A stretch of 64,000 bases of DNA from Stylophora pistillata (Eukaryota). Positions 61,001-64,000 of the stretch are shown here, one piece after another. The DNA lies in the NCBI RefSeq assembly GCF_002571385.2, contig NW_019217816.1, positions 253,061-317,060 on the forward strand, written 5' to 3'. Within the stretch, counting starts at the first letter, position 1; every line of letters starts with the position of its first letter. Both the position numbers and the translations under genes were made by a program. Under the pieces are notes generated by a model that was given only the letters and a program-made list of their open reading frames with translations, had not been told where the DNA came from and did not search any database.

Positions 61001-64000
61001 CCTAACATGGCACGTTTCTTATTGCAGGTTACTGATGTAAATACTCTTTAAAATGCCTGGTGGAAAGACCCATTTCAAGAAGGACTGGCTTCTTCAGACA
61101 GATGGACTGGGTCATAAAATTTCTAGTTGGTGCCAGCCGAGCAATGAAGTGGGAAAGGCTTTTTGTTCCATCTCCCAAAAAACTTTCTGATGTGATGACC
61201 AAGGACTCCCACAATTACTTCAGCATGCTAAGGGCCAAAGTCACAAAACATTGGCAAATGAAGTACTCAGTGGCTCCCAAATGGTTTTTGCACCCACTCA
61301 ATTAACAGACCACCCGGCAATACCTCAAATGCAGCTTTTGTTTCAACTGCTAGCATTGTTTCAAAACTGCAAGATTCTCAAACTGGACAAAACCAGTCAA
61401 GTGGAACATGGCAGTGTATTTCTCTTAAGGATGAAGCAGCGACTGAAGGCAGAGTTGATTTGGGCTATGAAAGTGATTGAAGAGCCACAGAAGTTCATCC
61501 GCGTTGACCACTTCTGGAGAAAGATTGATGACGTGAAGGATGTCATGGGTGAAAAGAAATTTCCATCAATTATGAAGGTTGTGAAGACAGCCCTTATTCT
61601 TGGACATGGTAATTCTGAGGTTGAAAGGGGATTTTCAGAGAGTGGTAAAAGTGTTACAGATGACAGAGTTCCTCTAAGTGAAGCGTCAATCAATGGCATC
61701 CGTGCAACAACTGATGCGCTGAAGGCTTTTAAAGGTCCTGGTTCTGTGCCAATCACAAAGCAACCCCTTCAGCTGAGTCATTCTGCACATGCTCATTATG
61801 TTTTGCATCTAGATAAGGACAAGAAGGAGAAGGAAGGGGCCCAAAAGCAACTTACTCTTCAGAAAGAACAAGCAGCACAAATGGAAGCACAGAAACAACA
61901 ACTTGCCAAAGAAAAGAAAGACCTAAACGGCAAAGAGAAAGAGTTAGAAAGGCAAGAAGCAGCTCAGCAAGAGTGCATGGAAGTTTGGGATACAATCTTG
62001 AAGGAGGCAAATGCAAAGTTGCAAGGTGCCATGAGGAATAAAGATTTTAAAGAGGTATCAGTTGCTCAAGCCATGATTGAAGCTGCAGAAAAGAAGATCA
62101 GTAGTGCTAACAAAGTGATGTAGTAGACAAGGGAGCAACAGCAGTCTGTTTCAAAACAAAAACAGAACATCATAAACACCTTTCTGTCACAGCTTAGCAA
62201 GCCAAAATAAAAGAAAACATAAATGATAAGTTCAAGACTTGAAAATGATTAACAGACTTATTGTACACTGTTGTAGTTTTGTTTTTATGCGAAGTTAATA
62301 AGATGTGGATGGAATGTGCTCCTACATCTGTATCCAGTTTTCACGAGAATTTACATTTTTGAAGATGTGAGGTTCGACGGCATCTTCATTTGATCAGAAA
62401 TTGTTAAAACAATCTTATTGCTGTTGTTGTTAAAAACCTTTTTTGCTGGGATTTGAACAGTAAAATCGATTCATCAAGTGAAGGTTTATAGAACTTATAT
62501 TTAAGTGTTTTCTTACTCATTTCAAAAAAGTTGCACATTGGATATTGACTATTGTGTATCTAAGTAATATTTTAAAGTTATTATGAGTGGTTCAGTTTTG
62601 AAAGTTTTAAGTGATCACTGTGACCATTGAAAAATGCTGTTCATATTTGTAAACCTTCTAGTTAATGAGTGAATTGCAAACTCATGTATATGCACAAAGT
62701 ACAGTTGGAATTAAGGTGAGACATTTTCGTGGCATCTGTGTGTACTTGAAAATCATCCTATAAAATTCCTATATTTGGGATTTAAATCCTATAAACCTCC
62801 TATATTTTTGCTCCTGTGATCCTATTTTTCCTATAATTTTTTTGGAAAATGGCTGGGATGTATGCATTTTTGAAAAGGGTAGGTTGATGATGTTTGACTT
62901 AAACATAATGTCATTATCAAGTCAAAAAATGATGAGACCATAAGGATATCAATGGGAAAAAAAAAAGTTTTGGGCCTAGTAATGGACATAATTTGCATTG
63001 CACAGATCACATGAAAAGTGGCTCGTTTAGGCCCGAGGTCTTGTTCTAATTTTCTTCTTACAAAGACTAACTGTAAGGGAGGGTGGTTCCTATGACTGTA
63101 AGGTGTATCAAGATAATGATGTATAATCAGTTGAGAGGGGATCATGATAGCTATCTTGACCAAGACCTTCAAGGTAATGATGTATAATCAGTTGAGAGGG
63201 GATCATGATAGCTATCTTGACCAAGACCTTCAAGGTAATGATGTATAATCAGTTGAGAGGGGATCATGATAGCTATCTTGACCAAGACCTTCAAGGTAAT
63301 GATGTATAATCAGTTGAGAGGGGATCATGATAGCTATCTTGACCAAGACCTTCAAGGTAATGATGTATAATCAGTTGAGAGGGGATCATGATAGCTATCT
63401 TGACCAAGACCTTCAAGGTAATGATGTATAATCAGTTGAGAGGGGATCATGATAGCTATCTTGACCAAGACCTTCAAGGTAATGATGTATAATCAGTTGA
63501 GAGGGGATCATGATAGCTATCTTGACCAAGACCTTCAAGGTAATGATGTATAATCAGTTGAGAGGGGATCATGATAGCTATCTTGACCAAGACCTTCAAG
63601 GTAATGATGTATAATCAGTTGAGAGGGGATCATGATAGCTATCTTGACCAAGACCTTCAAGGTAATGATGTATAATCAGTTGAGAGGGGATCATGATAGC
63701 TATCTTGACCAAGACCTTCAAGGTAATGATGTATAATCAGTTGAGAGGGGATCATGATAGCTATCTTGACCAAGACCTTCAAGTTGTTATGAGGAAAGAG
63801 AAGTGAGAGATGGACCAATACTCCCTTTTCATCAGTGCTTCTATTCTTCATTCAGGTAAATAATCTGCCTTATTTTCAGGAAATACAAAGCTATGATTAT
63901 CGCAGTGCAATCCACAAAGCTGTTCCAAATGTTAAAATTCTGGACGATGAACCTTTCTTGGTGGAAAAGGTTGATGGTAAACCTGTGCTTAGGCAGCCAC
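55059..64000 (+). CDS. LRRC56: Leucine-rich repeat-containing protein 56 (axonemal dynein assembly / IFT-associated), 3' end outside the window
   Basis: Exons: 55059-55238 (SIRIRE...LEEFLSPSKL), 55638-55725 (LEMRVDTRENSLGNFG), 56707-56767 (LPNLSELKL), 57315-57411 (RDLGTSL...LWLAR...DLDGI), 59156-59238 (ELYLAFN...LDLEG), 60001-60118 (LTLEGNPIC), 63880->64000 (YDYR...VKILDD). Phases are consistent and the peptide is collinear with LRRC56 as recalled. Confidence 0.92.
57464..57858 (+). mobile_element. tRNA-derived SINE (Nin/Deu-domain-like body)
   Basis: A box TAGCTCAATTGG at 57478, B box GTTCAAATCC at 57523, body ggacattaaagaacccacac...aagagtaggg...cccggtgttgtgg, (TTCA)n tail. Confidence 0.85.
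58016..58970 (+). repeat. Diverged ~160-bp tandem duplication, second copy split by the pogo element
   Basis: 58016-58174 matches 58175-58231 joined to 58861-58970 (aacaacattttccc...tgtggatgcaa...tttttcacag...agtcttgtgaggg...tttgactaag). Confidence 0.75.
58232..58860 (+). mobile_element. Internally deleted pogo/Tigger (Tc1-mariner) element
   Basis: TIR-like tattttcttggttataagacacac / gtgcgccttataaccgagacaata with TA flanks; DDE remnant TVALVVKANGMKLPPKVIFKG...KKGW at about 58400-58526. Confidence 0.8.
60258..62864 (+). mobile_element. Internally deleted hAT-superfamily transposon in an LRRC56 intron
   Basis: Perfect 13-bp TIR CATACATCCCAGC, 6-bp TSD CATTTT, subterminal TCCTAT repeats at both ends. 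Transposase remnant 61053-62123 has an N-terminal zinc finger, a TGA at 61188 and the C-terminal HGNSEVERGFS...R motif. Confidence 0.85.
63114..63783. repeat. Tandem array, 11 identical 61-bp units
   Basis: Unit taatgatgtataatcagttgagaggggatcatgatagctatcttgaccaagaccttcaagg; no spacers. Confidence 0.97.

Noticed and set aside
61251-62123. Host (domesticated) gene
   Set aside because: Lies within TIRs and a TSD, has an upstream in-frame stop and lacks the catalytic core; treated as a transposon remnant.
63114-63783. CRISPR array
   Set aside because: Units are identical head-to-tail with no unique spacers, there are no cas genes, and the context is a eukaryotic intron.

Overview
AT-rich, intron-containing animal genomic DNA. 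Gene content and repeat families suggest a cnidarian, probably a stony coral (inference). Four host genes could be assembled by hand: (1) a secreted trypsin-like protease with a C-terminal ShK domain (+, 6604-10734); (2) a 20-exon type B leucine-rich-repeat GPCR (LGR4/5/6-rickets-like; -, 37653-13867) with an internal 3-exon duplication and an in-frame TAA in exon 8; (3) SMDT1/EMRE (+, 51123-51377); (4) LRRC56 (+, 55059 to past the window end) with a GC-AG intron. Mobile DNA includes Penelope-like elements (two remnants keep recognisable hammerhead ribozyme cores and TSDs), L2/CR1 and Tx1/L1 LINE fragments, a tRNA-derived SINE, a pogo derivative, a THAP fossil, a hAT element with a 6-bp TSD, many foldback MITEs and a perfect 11 x 61-bp tandem array. 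A more speculative signal is a series of heavily decayed LRR-like coding tracts on the + strand inside and upstream of the LGR gene. There is one assembly gap (3113-3381). All calls come from manual reading; no database searches were run.
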